A stretch of 64,000 bases of DNA, from positions 1,650 through 65,649 of IMG/VR virus record IMGVR_UViG_3300020420_001018; one strand, written 5' to 3'. This document shows, in pieces, positions 1-9,834 of the stretch (the stretch's first letter is position 1; each line of letters starts with the position of its first letter). Source of the DNA: a virus. Lineage: Duplodnaviria > Caudoviricetes. The position numbers and the translations under genes are program-made. The notes beneath the pieces are model-generated. The model was given only the letters and a program-made list of their open reading frames with translations, was not told the DNA's origin and ran no database searches.

Positions 1-477
1 TATTTGGTAACCAATCAAACACGTTTGCAGTTTATTGCCGACTTGGTTGATACAATGAGAGCAGAAGGAAATACTCTTATTCTAGTTGATAGGATTAAAA
101 CAGGACAAGCATTAGAAGACATAATTGTTGATTCAGTTTTTATACAAGGCAGAACTAAACTAGAAGATAGAGAAGAAGAATATGATGAAATTGCTACAGA
201 GCAACACAAAGTCATTATTGCTACATATGGTGTAGCGGCGGTAGGTATTAACTTACCAAGAATATTTAATTTGGTATTAATAGAACCAGGTAAATCTTTT
301 GTGAGAGTTATACAATCAATTGGTAGAGGTATAAGAAAAGCAGAAGACAAAGACCATGTAGAAATATGGGATATAACAAGTGCTTGTAAGTTTTCTAAAC
401 GTCATTTAACAACAAGAAAAAAGTTTTACAAAGAAGCAAATTATCCTTTTACAATTGAGAAAGTAAACATAGAATGA
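1..477 (+). CDS. uvsW: SF2 DNA helicase, UvsW-like (C-terminal part, 5' truncated by window)
   Basis: Helicase C-terminal motifs IATYGVAAVGINLP and QSIGRGIRK, followed by WDI...HLTTRKKFY as in T4 UvsW. Confidence 0.85.
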   Translation, partial: YLVTNQTRLQFIADLVDTMRAEGNTLILVDRIKTGQALEDIIVDSVFIQGRTKLEDREEEYDEIATEQHKVIIATYGVAAVGINLPRIFNLVLIEPGKSFVRVIQSIGRGIRKAEDKDHVEIWDITSACKFSKRHLTTRKKFYKEANYPFTIEKVNIE

Positions 478-974
478 ACATATTAACAGTTGATAATAAC
501 ACGTATAATTTAAACGCAGTACCAAATGAAATTGAAGATTTACAATATTGCGTATTAGATTGTACAAATCCAAAAGTATTAGATTATTTTTATATTCCAC
601 TTATATTTTTAGAATCCTTTAATGCTCCAGCAGTGATTCTTGACATAGGTGGACAAACAATTGAAATGCCAATGGATTGGAGTATAATGATAGGTGAAAA
701 AGAAATGGGGCAGTGCGAAATGGTTCCACTAACAAGTTTAAATGATAGAGGATTTGAAGCATTTGTATATAATCCATTTTCAGGCTATACACATGACTTT
801 AAAGAAGTTAAAATAGTAAATGTGTTTCAAGAAGTAAAATGGTTTTTTCCTAAACTTAAAAATGGACATATTTTAACAACACCATTAACACAAGGAAGCA
901 AACCGAACTGCATTTATTTTGCAAAAGAACTGAATCAAATTCCTGATCAAATACAAGTAGGAGATTTAATATAG
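474..974 (+). CDS. hypothetical protein
   Basis: 166-aa ORF, ATGA overlap with the helicase stop; no motif recognised. Confidence 0.7.
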   Translation: MNILTVDNNTYNLNAVPNEIEDLQYCVLDCTNPKVLDYFYIPLIFLESFNAPAVILDIGGQTIEMPMDWSIMIGEKEMGQCEMVPLTSLNDRGFEAFVYNPFSGYTHDFKEVKIVNVFQEVKWFFPKLKNGHILTTPLTQGSKPNCIYFAKELNQIPDQIQVGDLI

Positions 975-1456
975 TGGCAACAACAACTAAAAAAATAAAT
1001 CTAAATCAAATGTTGTACAACATTGATATGGCAAATTCAAAGTGGTATAACACACTTGATGAAGAAGAAAAGAAAACATTTTCGCCATACACAGCAATGA
1101 GATTTACAAGCAATGTTCAAGGACAAAAAGCATTTAAAGAACACTACATACTTTCTGTAAATGAATTCGCAAACAAGCATTTTGGCACAACACAAAAGCA
1201 TGAAGGTGATTCGGAAATGTTTTGGAAGTTGTTATCACTAGCAGGTATAAAAAAGAAAATGTTTCATCCATGGGTAAAAGCACCCAAAGGTAAAGGGAAA
1301 AAAACTGGTGTAGATAAGCTGTTAGCAGAGTGTTTTCCACATGCTAAAAATGATGAAATAGAAGCATTGAAGCAAATTAATGATGTTGATGGGTTTAAAA
1401 AGTTAGCACGTCAACAAGGATGGACAGACAAAGAAATAAAAGAAATAGGTAAGTGA
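974..1456 (+). CDS. putative clamp-loader small subunit (T4 gp62-like)
   Basis: FSPYTAMRF..S, VNE..N, KKMFHPWVK pattern resembles the gp62 family; replication gene context. Confidence 0.55.
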   Translation: MATTTKKINLNQMLYNIDMANSKWYNTLDEEEKKTFSPYTAMRFTSNVQGQKAFKEHYILSVNEFANKHFGTTQKHEGDSEMFWKLLSLAGIKKKMFHPWVKAPKGKGKKTGVDKLLAECFPHAKNDEIEALKQINDVDGFKKLARQQGWTDKEIKEIGK

Positions 1457-2130
1457 TGTTTGAGTGTAAGTATTGTGGAAAAAAATTTACAAAAGAATCA
1501 ACATTATCAGTACATTTGTGTGAACCAAAAAGACGTTATCAACAACAAGATGAACGTTTTGTGCAATTGGCATTTAGGGCATATCAATATTTTTACAAAT
1601 CAACAATGCCACAAACTCAAAAAGATAGGACATATGATGATTTTGCAAAAAGCAAATACTACACAGCATTCACAAAATTTGGCAGATATCTGTATGATGT
1701 ACATGTAGATGATCCTAGCAAGTATATTGATTACTTGTTAAAAAACATGGTGAAGATTGATAGATGGCATTTAGATTCTGTGTATGAAAAATATATAAAA
1801 GAACATTTAAAAAATGAAGCGGCACAAACAGCAGTCGAACGTGCAGTCATTATAATGAAACGTTGGGGAATTGACAACGATAAAAATTTCAACGATTGCT
1901 TAGAAAACATAACACCAAACAGGGCAGTCCACTTTATTAGATCAGGAAAACTATCTCCGTGGGTCTTGTATAATTGTCAAAGTGGTGTTAAACTATTAGA
2001 AACATTAAACAACGAACAAGTTGGACTAGTACATGATTACATTGATCCTGATTACTGGACAGCTAAATTCCAAATGGCACAACAGGATGTAAAGTTTGTT
2101 GAACAAGTGCTAGAAACGGCAGGGTTATAA
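1453..2130 (+). CDS. N-terminal zinc-finger protein (CxxC-x12-HxC)
   Basis: FECKYCGKKFTKESTLSVHLC. Confidence 0.65.
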   Translation: MMFECKYCGKKFTKESTLSVHLCEPKRRYQQQDERFVQLAFRAYQYFYKSTMPQTQKDRTYDDFAKSKYYTAFTKFGRYLYDVHVDDPSKYIDYLLKNMVKIDRWHLDSVYEKYIKEHLKNEAAQTAVERAVIIMKRWGIDNDKNFNDCLENITPNRAVHFIRSGKLSPWVLYNCQSGVKLLETLNNEQVGLVHDYIDPDYWTAKFQMAQQDVKFVEQVLETAGL

Positions 2131-2615
2131 TGTCAAAGTATAATGAAGGTATTCCAGAAATAGTAGCCAAAGTGGCTGATAAAACTGACAACGAAACTGT
2201 GAAAGAAAAATGGGAAGAATTGAAAACACTAGTACATCTAGTACATAAAGATGAAGTAATGAGACAACGAAAAAAGCTAGATGATTGGAAAAGAGGAATG
2301 GATGAAGTAAACAAAAAAATATCTAAATTACAACAATCCTCATATGGAGTTGGTGTAGAAGATGATGATGACTATACTTTTGATGTTACTTACAATGGTG
2401 CAGGTGTTAGTATGGCTGATTATGGAGTAACATCGATGTCAACAACATTTGATGATATAGGCGAAGCAGATAATCAAATGGTATTAAACTTTCCAATGAC
2501 CAAAGAAGAAGAGTATGCCAATGCTGGATATACAGAAGAACATATTAAACAAATGCAAGATCCAAAACATAATCAATGGGGTATTGCTGGAGAACCTAAA
2601 AAATTAAATGACTAA
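2130..2615 (+). CDS. hypothetical protein
   Basis: 161-aa ORF, TAATG coupled to the upstream gene. Confidence 0.65.
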   Translation: MSKYNEGIPEIVAKVADKTDNETVKEKWEELKTLVHLVHKDEVMRQRKKLDDWKRGMDEVNKKISKLQQSSYGVGVEDDDDYTFDVTYNGAGVSMADYGVTSMSTTFDDIGEADNQMVLNFPMTKEEEYANAGYTEEHIKQMQDPKHNQWGIAGEPKKLND

Positions 2616-3192
2616 TATAGCAAAAACAGATATTGATATTGATGTAAAAGATAGAGATGTTTTATTAGAAAAGTTAAAACATATTCCTGCTAGTATCATT
2701 AATAAAGGTGAAGTTAAAAAACATAATACAGGTGTTTACTTTACAGATATTCCTGTGCATCCATTTACAAATACAGCAAACATTGATTACAAAGAAGCTG
2801 AAGATAGAGGATATTTTAAACTTGATATATTGAATGTGAGTGTATATGAAAAAGTTAAAAATGAAAAACACTTACAAGAATTAGTCAATCAAGAACCAGA
2901 TTGGAGTCTATTGGAACACAAAGAAATAGTAGAACAATTGTTTCATATACACAATCATTTTGATATTGTTAATAAACTAAAGCCAAAGTCTGTTGAAGAG
3001 TTAGCGGCAGTTTTGGCAATAATACGCCCTGCCAAAAGAAACTTGCTCAACTTGAGTTGGCCAGAGATTCATGCTAACGTTTGGGTAAAACCACAGGACG
3101 ACACATACTACTTTAAGAAGAGTCATGCTATCGGTTATGCTTTAGCCATATGTGTACAAATGAATTTAATGTCTAATGGTCAGTCTTTTTAA
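2608..3192 (+). CDS. miniature family-C DNA polymerase (DnaE palm/fingers-like)
   Basis: DIDID, KHNTGV, KLDIL, AIIRP, FKKSHA..YA occur in the order of the DnaE motifs DFDVD, KHAGG, KFDFL, LFRPG, FNKSH..AYA. Confidence 0.75.
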   Translation: MTNIAKTDIDIDVKDRDVLLEKLKHIPASIINKGEVKKHNTGVYFTDIPVHPFTNTANIDYKEAEDRGYFKLDILNVSVYEKVKNEKHLQELVNQEPDWSLLEHKEIVEQLFHIHNHFDIVNKLKPKSVEELAAVLAIIRPAKRNLLNLSWPEIHANVWVKPQDDTYYFKKSHAIGYALAICVQMNLMSNGQSF

Positions 3193-3550
3193 CTAATTGT
3201 ATTTGACGTCTTTTAATTCTTTTTCTTACAATATTATTTAAACTTGTGGTAGGTCCAAAGATCATTTTAATATCTTTGGTAGTAAAAGTTTTAAGCCAGT
3301 TTTGATATACGCTAAATTCTCCAGCTAAGAATATATTAATAGGTATTACTCTATTAGATTCCCACCACCACATATCACCTAATCTTAGAAAATCTGCTTT
3401 CAACTGATCAGTTGCAATATCATCATAGACATATATGCTAGTAACAAAATCATCTTGATTTTGTAAAATACCTACATACTCATTTAAACCGTGCTTTACA
3501 CACGATAAAAAAGGGAACTTATCTGATAATTCGTTATAATCCATGCTCAA
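3173..3550 (-). CDS. hypothetical protein (only convincing minus-strand gene)
   Basis: 125-aa ORF fills a gap with no + strand gene; protein-like sequence (WWWESNRVIPINIFL); minus-strand CTAAATA at 3581-3587. Confidence 0.75.
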   Translation of the reverse strand: MSMDYNELSDKFPFLSCVKHGLNEYVGILQNQDDFVTSIYVYDDIATDQLKADFLRLGDMWWWESNRVIPINIFLAGEFSVYQNWLKTFTTKDIKMIFGPTTSLNNIVRKRIKRRQIQLVKKTDH

Positions 3551-3580
3551 AATATTTCTTTATTATATACTCACTAATTC

Positions 3581-3598
3581 TATTTAGCAACATAAATA
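3581..3598. promoter_or_regulatory. back-to-back T4-late-like promoters
   Basis: TATTTAG (CTAAATA on minus strand) then CATAAATA on plus strand, between divergent genes. Confidence 0.5.
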
Positions 3599-3623
3599 TA
3601 TGTAACTTTAAGGAATTATTAGT

Positions 3624-4463
3624 ATGACAGTAACGGTATATGTATATGACGATACTCATACAGTGATAGTAAATACAAGTGCAAATCAAGGTAGTACAAC
3701 TATGTATGATAAAACTATAAAATTGTATCAAGGTATTGATAACACTGTGAAGTTTGCGTTGAAAGACAATGACAGAAAAGCAGTTAATTTAACAAGTTTA
3801 ACTGTAACATTTAACATTGTTGACCCAAATACAAACGAATCAATGCTTTCAAGACCATTGACAGTAACAAATGCAACAAAAGGTTTAGCACAGCTAAACT
3901 TACCAGCATCTGCTATTGATAATATGGCTGGTGCATTTTATAATTATTCATTGTATACTACTAATGCATCATCTGAGCAACAGGCGGTGTTTACAGACCT
4001 TAATGAAGCAGTAAAAGGCACATTAGAGATAGTTGAAGGCATCGCATCTAATCCAAGAGAAACACAACAAATTACTTTTGATTCTGCAAATCCAAATTTT
4101 ACTAAACAAAACATAGGTAAATCAGCAACAGGAGAAACTTGGTATTATTCAAGTGCAGTGTCAGGAGCAAGTGAAAGAAATTTAACTTCAGCGAAACACA
4201 CAATTGCATTATATTCAAATGGATTTGATGGAGATTTTATTGTTGAAGGATCAATGGAAAGTACTGCAAATACCACATCACATACCGAATGGTTCCATAT
4301 TAAATTAGATGGACAAACAAACGATTACGTATCACTTACAAACACTACAACAATTGCGTCATATAATTTTACAAGTATGGCAAAATGGATTAGAATAATT
4401 TATCTACCAACGACTACTCCAGATGATGTTGGAAAAATTACAAAAGTTTTAGTAAGGAATTAA
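3624..4463 (+). CDS. putative virion structural protein (BppU N-terminal-like Ig fold)
   Basis: LYQG.DNTVKF..KD...VNLT pattern; Thr/Ser/Asn-rich; follows a late promoter. Confidence 0.55.
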   Translation: MTVTVYVYDDTHTVIVNTSANQGSTTMYDKTIKLYQGIDNTVKFALKDNDRKAVNLTSLTVTFNIVDPNTNESMLSRPLTVTNATKGLAQLNLPASAIDNMAGAFYNYSLYTTNASSEQQAVFTDLNEAVKGTLEIVEGIASNPRETQQITFDSANPNFTKQNIGKSATGETWYYSSAVSGASERNLTSAKHTIALYSNGFDGDFIVEGSMESTANTTSHTEWFHIKLDGQTNDYVSLTNTTTIASYNFTSMAKWIRIIYLPTTTPDDVGKITKVLVRN

Positions 4464-4465
4464 AA

Positions 4466-5617
4466 ATGCCAATCCAGCCAATGGATATTAAAGAAATCAA
4501 AACAAAAGGTTTTGAACGTGTAGTTCATGGTTATCATGAACCAAGTAATCTCAGTATGTACATTGCTATTCACACGTTAAAAAATGGACCAGCATTTGGT
4601 GGTATAAGATATTTTAATTATAAAGATAACGAAAGACCTTATCTCGATGTTCAAAAACTTGCAGAAGCAATGACTGAAAAATGTATGGTTGCAGGAATAA
4701 AATTAAGTGGTGGAAAAACAGCGATTCAAAAATCTTATCATAAAGACATAGGTGCTTTCCAAGTTGAAGAAAAAAGAATTTATCCTTATTTAGGTGAACT
4801 TATAAATTATCTTAATGGTGACTACTATGGCGGTCTTGATGTAGGTTTTAATTTTGACATGTTGCAAAATTTAAGAAACTATACAGAATTTACAACAACA
4901 TATTCTGACCCAGACATTGGTAGTTCCTGCACAGCATATGGAGTTTATAATGCAATGAAGGCAGGTGTAAAATATAAGTTAGAAAAAGATTCATTAGATG
5001 GACTTACAATAGCAATAAAAGGAATAGGTAAAGTAGGTTATCAGTTAGCTAATTATGTTTTGGAAGATGGTGCAAAATTAATTGTTGCAGATAAAAGTGA
5101 TAGTAAAATAGAATTTATAAACGAATTGCAAAAAAATTATCCTTTCAAAATTGAAATAACAAGTCATGAAGAAATACATAAAAAAGAAGTTGATGTTTAT
5201 TCTCCTTGTGCTATGGGAAATGACATTAGAATATCAAGAATTTCAGAAATGAACTGTAAAATTATATGTGGCGCGGCAAACAATCAATTAGATATTGTTG
5301 ATCCTGCGATTGCTAAACAACAATTACTTGATCATAAAATATTATATGTTCCGGATACAATTGCAAATGCTGGTGGAGTTTTTAGGTCAGCTGGTGCAAT
5401 TTTAAAATCAAGAAATGAACAAGAATCATTTCAATTAATCGAAACCATATATGATAGAACTCTTAATATATTAGATACAGCAAGTGAACATAGAGTGTCA
5501 CCAGCGGATATATGCACGGAGATAGGTCAAGCAATTACAGGAAAGTCAAATAGATTTAAAATGGAAGTATCTGGTTTAACTGGTGTAAAGGCCGGAAATA
5601 ATACTTACAAGATTTAA
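4466..5617 (+). CDS. Glu/Leu/Phe/Val dehydrogenase
   Basis: IAIH...GPAFGGIR, LAEAMTEK, SGGK, GIGKVG (NAD binding), PCAMG, GAANNQL, ANAGG. Confidence 0.9.
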   Translation: MPIQPMDIKEIKTKGFERVVHGYHEPSNLSMYIAIHTLKNGPAFGGIRYFNYKDNERPYLDVQKLAEAMTEKCMVAGIKLSGGKTAIQKSYHKDIGAFQVEEKRIYPYLGELINYLNGDYYGGLDVGFNFDMLQNLRNYTEFTTTYSDPDIGSSCTAYGVYNAMKAGVKYKLEKDSLDGLTIAIKGIGKVGYQLANYVLEDGAKLIVADKSDSKIEFINELQKNYPFKIEITSHEEIHKKEVDVYSPCAMGNDIRISRISEMNCKIICGAANNQLDIVDPAIAKQQLLDHKILYVPDTIANAGGVFRSAGAILKSRNEQESFQLIETIYDRTLNILDTASEHRVSPADICTEIGQAITGKSNRFKMEVSGLTGVKAGNNTYKI

Positions 5618-5653
5618 TTGACTTTTTGTCAAAAGTGTTATAATATATAACAC

Positions 5654-6643
5654 ATGGAACTTCAGAATACAATTATTACACACATGCCTGGTAAAAGGAA
5701 AAAGACTCCTTCTGGATGGACAACAATTAATTGTCCAATGTGTACAACCAATGGCCAATCAAGACCAGACACACGTTCAAGAGGTGGATTTAGTTTTAAT
5801 GATGGAATGGTATATCATTGTTTCAACTGTGGTTTTAGTACAAGTTACAAACCTGGTAGAACATTTGGTAAAAAATTAGTTGGTCTATTGCGTGGTATTG
5901 GAGTTCCGGATAATGAAATAAGAAGATTACAATTATTGGCAATACGTGAAAAAGAAAATAATCCACAACAAGAAGAAAAGCCAAAACCAAAAATTAGTTG
6001 GAGAGAAATTCAATTACCAAAAGGCTCAAAACCTTTAATAGAAATAATAAAACAAGATGAACCATCAGAAGATGCTATATGGGTGTATAAACATATTATT
6101 GATAGAGGTTTAGACCATTTTGGTGATTTTTATTGGTGCAATGATACATATATAGATTTGAATAGAAGATTTATTGTGCCATTTTATTACAATGGTAGTA
6201 TAGTTGGTTATACATCAAGAATAATTGATAACAACAAAGACAAGCCAAAGTATTTTACTAATTCACAACCAAATTATATGTACAATATGGATGTGTTAAG
6301 TAAGAAAAGAAAATATTTGATAGTGGTAGAAGGTGTGCTTGATGCATTAAGTATTGATGGATTAGCAGTATTACATAACAAGCTGAATCAAATACAAATT
6401 GATTTGATAAAAGAATTTGATGGAGAAATTATTGTGTGTCCAGATAGAGATGCCGCTGGATCAACGTTGATTGATCAAGCAGTTGAAAATGGTTGGGCAG
6501 TAAGTTTTCCACCTTGGCAAGATCATATCAAAGACTGTGCAGATGCAGTAAAACACTATGGACAATTGTTCACAGTAAAAAGCATTATAGATAGTCGGGT
6601 AAATAATAAAACAAAGATAGAAGTATTAAGAAAAATTGCGTAG
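5654..6643 (+). CDS. DNA primase (T4 gp61-like)
   Basis: Zn motif CPMC...HCFNCG; TOPRIM VVEGVLDA and PDRDAAG, KDCAD. Confidence 0.9.
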   Translation: MELQNTIITHMPGKRKKTPSGWTTINCPMCTTNGQSRPDTRSRGGFSFNDGMVYHCFNCGFSTSYKPGRTFGKKLVGLLRGIGVPDNEIRRLQLLAIREKENNPQQEEKPKPKISWREIQLPKGSKPLIEIIKQDEPSEDAIWVYKHIIDRGLDHFGDFYWCNDTYIDLNRRFIVPFYYNGSIVGYTSRIIDNNKDKPKYFTNSQPNYMYNMDVLSKKRKYLIVVEGVLDALSIDGLAVLHNKLNQIQIDLIKEFDGEIIVCPDRDAAGSTLIDQAVENGWAVSFPPWQDHIKDCADAVKHYGQLFTVKSIIDSRVNNKTKIEVLRKIA

Positions 6644-6651
6644 GAGAAAAA

Positions 6652-7257
6652 ATGGCAACTTTAGATAAAGATAATAAGAAAAAGTCAGGCCCAGAAAAAG
6701 CACAGCAACCTTTACAACCAGGTATGATGATGTGGGAAGCTGGAATAATGTATTTCAGTGACGGATTTGACAGCAACTCAACAAAACCAGTGATACAAGC
6801 AATAATTGAAAAAAATTTATTGCCTGATTCATCAAGGCCAAAAGAATTAACATTGGTAATTAATTCACCTGGCGGACAAGTACATTCAGCATTTGCATTA
6901 ATTGACACAATGAAAGGATCAGCTATACCTGTAAAAACAGTAGGACTTGGTATGATTGCATCATGTGGACTATTAACTTTTATGAGTGGTACAAAAGGTC
7001 GAAGAGTCATTACACCAAATACATCAATACTATCTCATCAATACAGTTGGGGTAGTGTAGGTAAAGAACATGAATTATTTGCAAGAGTAAAAGAATTTGA
7101 ATTAAGTACAGCACGTATGATGGATCATTATAAAAAATGTACTGGTTTGAGTGAAAAGAAAATTAGAGAAATATTGTTACCTGCTGAAGATGTTTGGTTA
7201 AGTGCCAAAGAGGCTGTTAAGTACGGCATTGCAGATAAAATTGTTTCAACATATTAA
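6652..7257 (+). CDS. clpP: ClpP-family serine protease (divergent copy)
   Basis: INSPGG, GMIASCG (Ser), SHQ (His), EDVWLSAKEAVKYGIAD. Confidence 0.88.
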   Translation: MATLDKDNKKKSGPEKAQQPLQPGMMMWEAGIMYFSDGFDSNSTKPVIQAIIEKNLLPDSSRPKELTLVINSPGGQVHSAFALIDTMKGSAIPVKTVGLGMIASCGLLTFMSGTKGRRVITPNTSILSHQYSWGSVGKEHELFARVKEFELSTARMMDHYKKCTGLSEKKIREILLPAEDVWLSAKEAVKYGIADKIVSTY

Positions 7258-7265
7258 AGGATTTT

Positions 7266-7439
7266 ATGAATCAAAAATTACTAATTATTTTTTTATTAGT
7301 ATTAGGTTTATCAAATGTTTATCTAGCATATCAAATTATAGAGTTACAAGTTACAGTAACAGAATTGCTTGAAATGGTATATGAAAACAGAACTATATTA
7401 GAAATGTTAACATTATTTGGAGTTGGAGTAGACGTATAA
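7266..7439 (+). CDS. small membrane protein (57 aa, not in ORF track)
   Basis: MNQKLLIIFLLVLGLSNVYLAYQ...; AAGGA RBS; TAATG overlap with thyX. Confidence 0.6.
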   Translation: MNQKLLIIFLLVLGLSNVYLAYQIIELQVTVTELLEMVYENRTILEMLTLFGVGVDV

Positions 7440-8062
7440 TGGAAGTACAACTAATTGATAAAATGGGTGATGATCTAACTGTGGTAAATGCGGCAAGGGT
7501 CAGTTACGGAAAAAATAAAACAACCTTTGAGCTTTCAGATGAAAAATTAATTAAGTTTTTAGCTAAACACAATCACTGGTCACCATTTGCACATTGTAGT
7601 TTACAATTTAGAATTAAAGCACCTGTATTTGTTGCTAGACAGTTAGTAAAGCATCAAGTAGGTTTAAGTTGGAATGAAATTAGCAGACGGTATGTTGATT
7701 ATGAACCAGAATTTTACACTCCAGATACTTGGAGAGGAAGGCCATTAGATTCTAAACAAGGATCAGATGGAGAAGTGTCAGTTGACAACAGCAAATATGA
7801 TAATATGATGTCTCAGCTAAAACTTTTTTATGAAACATTATTAAATCAGGGTGTGGCTCCAGAAATGGCTAGAATGGTTTTACCACAAAGTATGATGACA
7901 GAATGGTATTGGACAGGAACTTTGTATGCTTTTTCGAGAGTTTGTGAATTAAGATGTGCCAAAGATACACAAGAAGAAACAAGAAAAATAGCAGATAAAA
8001 TAGATGGAATATGTGATGAAGAATTTCCATACAGCTGGAAATACTTGCGAAATAAGGATTAA
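7439..8062 (+). CDS. thyX: FAD-dependent thymidylate synthase
   Basis: AARVS, HWSPFAH, VARQLVKHQ, NEISRRY, EMARMVLP. Confidence 0.95.
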   Translation: MEVQLIDKMGDDLTVVNAARVSYGKNKTTFELSDEKLIKFLAKHNHWSPFAHCSLQFRIKAPVFVARQLVKHQVGLSWNEISRRYVDYEPEFYTPDTWRGRPLDSKQGSDGEVSVDNSKYDNMMSQLKLFYETLLNQGVAPEMARMVLPQSMMTEWYWTGTLYAFSRVCELRCAKDTQEETRKIADKIDGICDEEFPYSWKYLRNKD

Positions 8063-8080
8063 TATTGTATAGTTATTAGT

Positions 8081-9505
8081 ATGAACGATTTAAAAGATTA
8101 TAATGAAGAATTGCAAAAACTGTTTTTAGAGTTTTGTGCTACAGATCCAGAATTATTTGTTAGAGTAAAGAATATTGTTAAAGTAGAATACTTTTCACGT
8201 AAGTTAGCCAATGTAGCTAAATTTATGTTAGAACATTCTGAAGAATACAATGCACTTCCAACTATAGAACAAGTACAAGCAACCTGCGGAGTTGAACTTA
8301 AAAAAGTTGATATAGATGAAAGACATAAAAATTGGTTTTTTGATGAATTTGAAACTTTTTGTAGACACAAAGCATTAGAACTTGCAATTATCCAATCAGC
8401 AGATTTATTAGAAAAAGGTGACTATGGTCAAGTAGAAGATAAAATTAAACATGCAGTAAGGATTGGACTTACAAAAGATTTAGGTACAGATTATTTTATT
8501 GATCCAAAAGCAAGATTGTTATCACTCAAAGATAATAATGGTACAGTAAGCACAGGATGGTCAGCATTGGATCATAAATTGTATGGCGGATTTAATAAAG
8601 GTGAATTGAATATATTTGCAGGACAATCAGGTGCAGGTAAAAGTTTATTCTTACAAAATGTTGCATTGAACTGGGCAAACGTTGGCATGAACGTGATATA
8701 CTTTACTTTTGAATTGAGTGAAGAATTAAGTTCTATGAGAGTTGACAGTATGTCAACAGGAGTAGCATCAAATGAAATATTTAAAAAGATTGATGACATT
8801 GATTTAATGGTTAGGATGCAAGGGCAAAAGTCTGGTAAGTTCCAACTAAAGTATATGAGCAGTGGTGCAACTGTAAATGATTTGCGTAGTTATCTAAAAG
8901 AATATGAAGTACAAACAGGTACAAAGCCAGACTGTATTTGTGTTGACTATTTAGACTTGTTGATGCCAATATCAAAAAGAGTTTCTCCAAGTGATCTGTT
9001 TATTAAAGACAAATATGTATCAGAAGAGTTGCGTAATCTAGCAGTAGAACAGCAAATAGTGTTGGTAACAGCATCGCAGTTGAATAGGGCAAGTGTTGAA
9101 GAAACTGAGTTTGATCATTCGCATATTGCTGGTGGATTAAGTAAAATACAAACAGCAGATAATGTAATTGGTATTCAAACTAGTAGAGCTATGCGTGAAC
9201 GCGGAAGATATATGATTCAACTGATGAAAACAAGATCAAGTGGCGGTGTTGGAACTAAAATTAACTTGGCATTTAATATAGATACCTTAAGAATTACAGA
9301 CTTAACAGAAGCACAAATGGCTGAGGATGATAGCATGACTACATCAAATATGGCAACTAGTATTAAGAAAAGAACTAGTGTAATCACGCCTAAAAAGCCA
9401 GAAAATCAAGGTGCACAGGTGGCTGAAAAGGTTGAACAAGTAGCAAATCTGCGTAGTATATTAAAATCTAAAAGACATCAATATTCAAGTGAAAATGACT
9501 TATAG
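8081..9505 (+). CDS. replicative DNA helicase (T4 gp41/DnaB-like)
   Basis: AGQSGAGKS Walker A, TFELSE, VDYLDL, TASQLNR, KTR. Confidence 0.92.
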   Translation: MNDLKDYNEELQKLFLEFCATDPELFVRVKNIVKVEYFSRKLANVAKFMLEHSEEYNALPTIEQVQATCGVELKKVDIDERHKNWFFDEFETFCRHKALELAIIQSADLLEKGDYGQVEDKIKHAVRIGLTKDLGTDYFIDPKARLLSLKDNNGTVSTGWSALDHKLYGGFNKGELNIFAGQSGAGKSLFLQNVALNWANVGMNVIYFTFELSEELSSMRVDSMSTGVASNEIFKKIDDIDLMVRMQGQKSGKFQLKYMSSGATVNDLRSYLKEYEVQTGTKPDCICVDYLDLLMPISKRVSPSDLFIKDKYVSEELRNLAVEQQIVLVTASQLNRASVEETEFDHSHIAGGLSKIQTADNVIGIQTSRAMRERGRYMIQLMKTRSSGGVGTKINLAFNIDTLRITDLTEAQMAEDDSMTTSNMATSIKKRTSVITPKKPENQGAQVAEKVEQVANLRSILKSKRHQYSSENDL

Positions 9506-9532
9506 TATGAGTATACATAGGCTTCTTTTTAG

Positions 9533-9540
9533 TATAAATA
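9533..9540 (+). promoter_or_regulatory. T4-type late promoter TATAAATA
   Basis: Exact consensus upstream of the putative head-protein block. Confidence 0.65.
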
Positions 9541-9561
9541 AGTGTATAGGAAAGTAAAGAG

Positions 9562-9834
9562 TTGAAACATATGAAACGACACACTAAATCAATACTAGAA
9601 GAGATTTCTCAATCAATACCTCAAAATAATAGAGAGGCATTAATAGAATCTCGTGCGAGTCATGTGATAACATCTGCTTTAAATTTGATTGATATGCTGT
9701 ATGAATCTTATGATGAAAACACTGCTGGTGAACTATCTAGACGATTAATCAACAGCATTAAAAGTTCAGATCCTGCAAAATTTGAACGTGGCATAAGAAA
9801 AGTGAACGGCAACAATGAAACTGACACAAATTAG
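9562..9834 (+). CDS. hypothetical protein
   Basis: 87-90-aa ORF downstream of late promoter. Confidence 0.7.
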   Translation: MKHMKRHTKSILEEISQSIPQNNREALIESRASHVITSALNLIDMLYESYDENTAGELSRRLINSIKSSDPAKFERGIRKVNGNNETDTN

